From assembly GCA_031411295.1 (NCBI GenBank), contig JANOAV010000092.1, forward strand, positions 1-26,106: DNA of 26,106 nucleotides, in the 5' to 3' direction. Position 1 is the stretch's first letter, and each line of letters starts with the position of its first letter. The position numbers were made by a program, and so were the translations under genes. The notes under the pieces were generated by a model. It was not told where the DNA came from. It ran no database searches and was given only the letters and a program-made list of their open reading frames with translations. This document shows, piece after piece, positions 26,048-26,106 of the stretch. This stretch comes from Verrucomicrobiales bacterium. Lineage in GTDB: Bacteria > Verrucomicrobiota > Verrucomicrobiia > Verrucomicrobiales > V1-33.

Positions 26048-26106
26048 GTGGTCCGCACAGTCCTCTGTGCGGTGCAGTGAGACGGAGCCGCACAGAGGAC
26101 TGTGCG
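26048..26106. repeat. Inverted pair of REP-like palindromes, family D; right copy truncated by the window edge
   Basis: GTGG-T-CCGCACAG-TCCT-CTGTGCGG (26048-26072), a 15-nt spacer, then the reverse complement CCGCACAG-AGGA-CTGTGCG (26088-26106). Confidence 0.82.

Noticed and set aside
1..26106. CRISPR array, tRNA, rRNA, integrase or transposase
   Set aside because: The palindromes occur singly or as inverted pairs, not as regularly spaced direct repeats. No cas, RNA gene or recombinase motifs were seen.

Overview
A 26.1-kb, moderately GC-rich bacterial fragment, most likely from Verrucomicrobiota (inferred from an Amuc_1098-type secretin, a DFTGSDWCxxC thioredoxin, a DUF4058 protein and gene starts lacking Shine-Dalgarno motifs). 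Both ends stop inside REP-like palindrome pairs, so the window is probably a whole contig. It holds 21 ordinary CDSs: SWIM-SNF2 helicase, polyvalent-type kinase, ABM monooxygenase, TPR protein, hisG, NA37 nucleoid protein, plsY-gpsA-rfbD, thioredoxin, membrane protein, secretin, AsmA-like protein, lipase, metallophosphoesterase, TraB-like protein, ABC transporter plus DUF1854, DUF4058, a membrane-fused spermidine-synthase-like methyltransferase and a secreted nuclease-like protein. Four distinct REP-like palindrome families are also present. The main finding is a 55-aa ORF (4435-4602, minus strand) missing from the supplied ORF track, lying in the +1 frame inside the 5' end of the kinase gene. 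It has host-like codon bias and a promoter positioned to express it leaderlessly while excluding the kinase start codon, making it a candidate overlapping-gene kinase toxin/antitoxin module. All family names come from motif recognition, not database searches.
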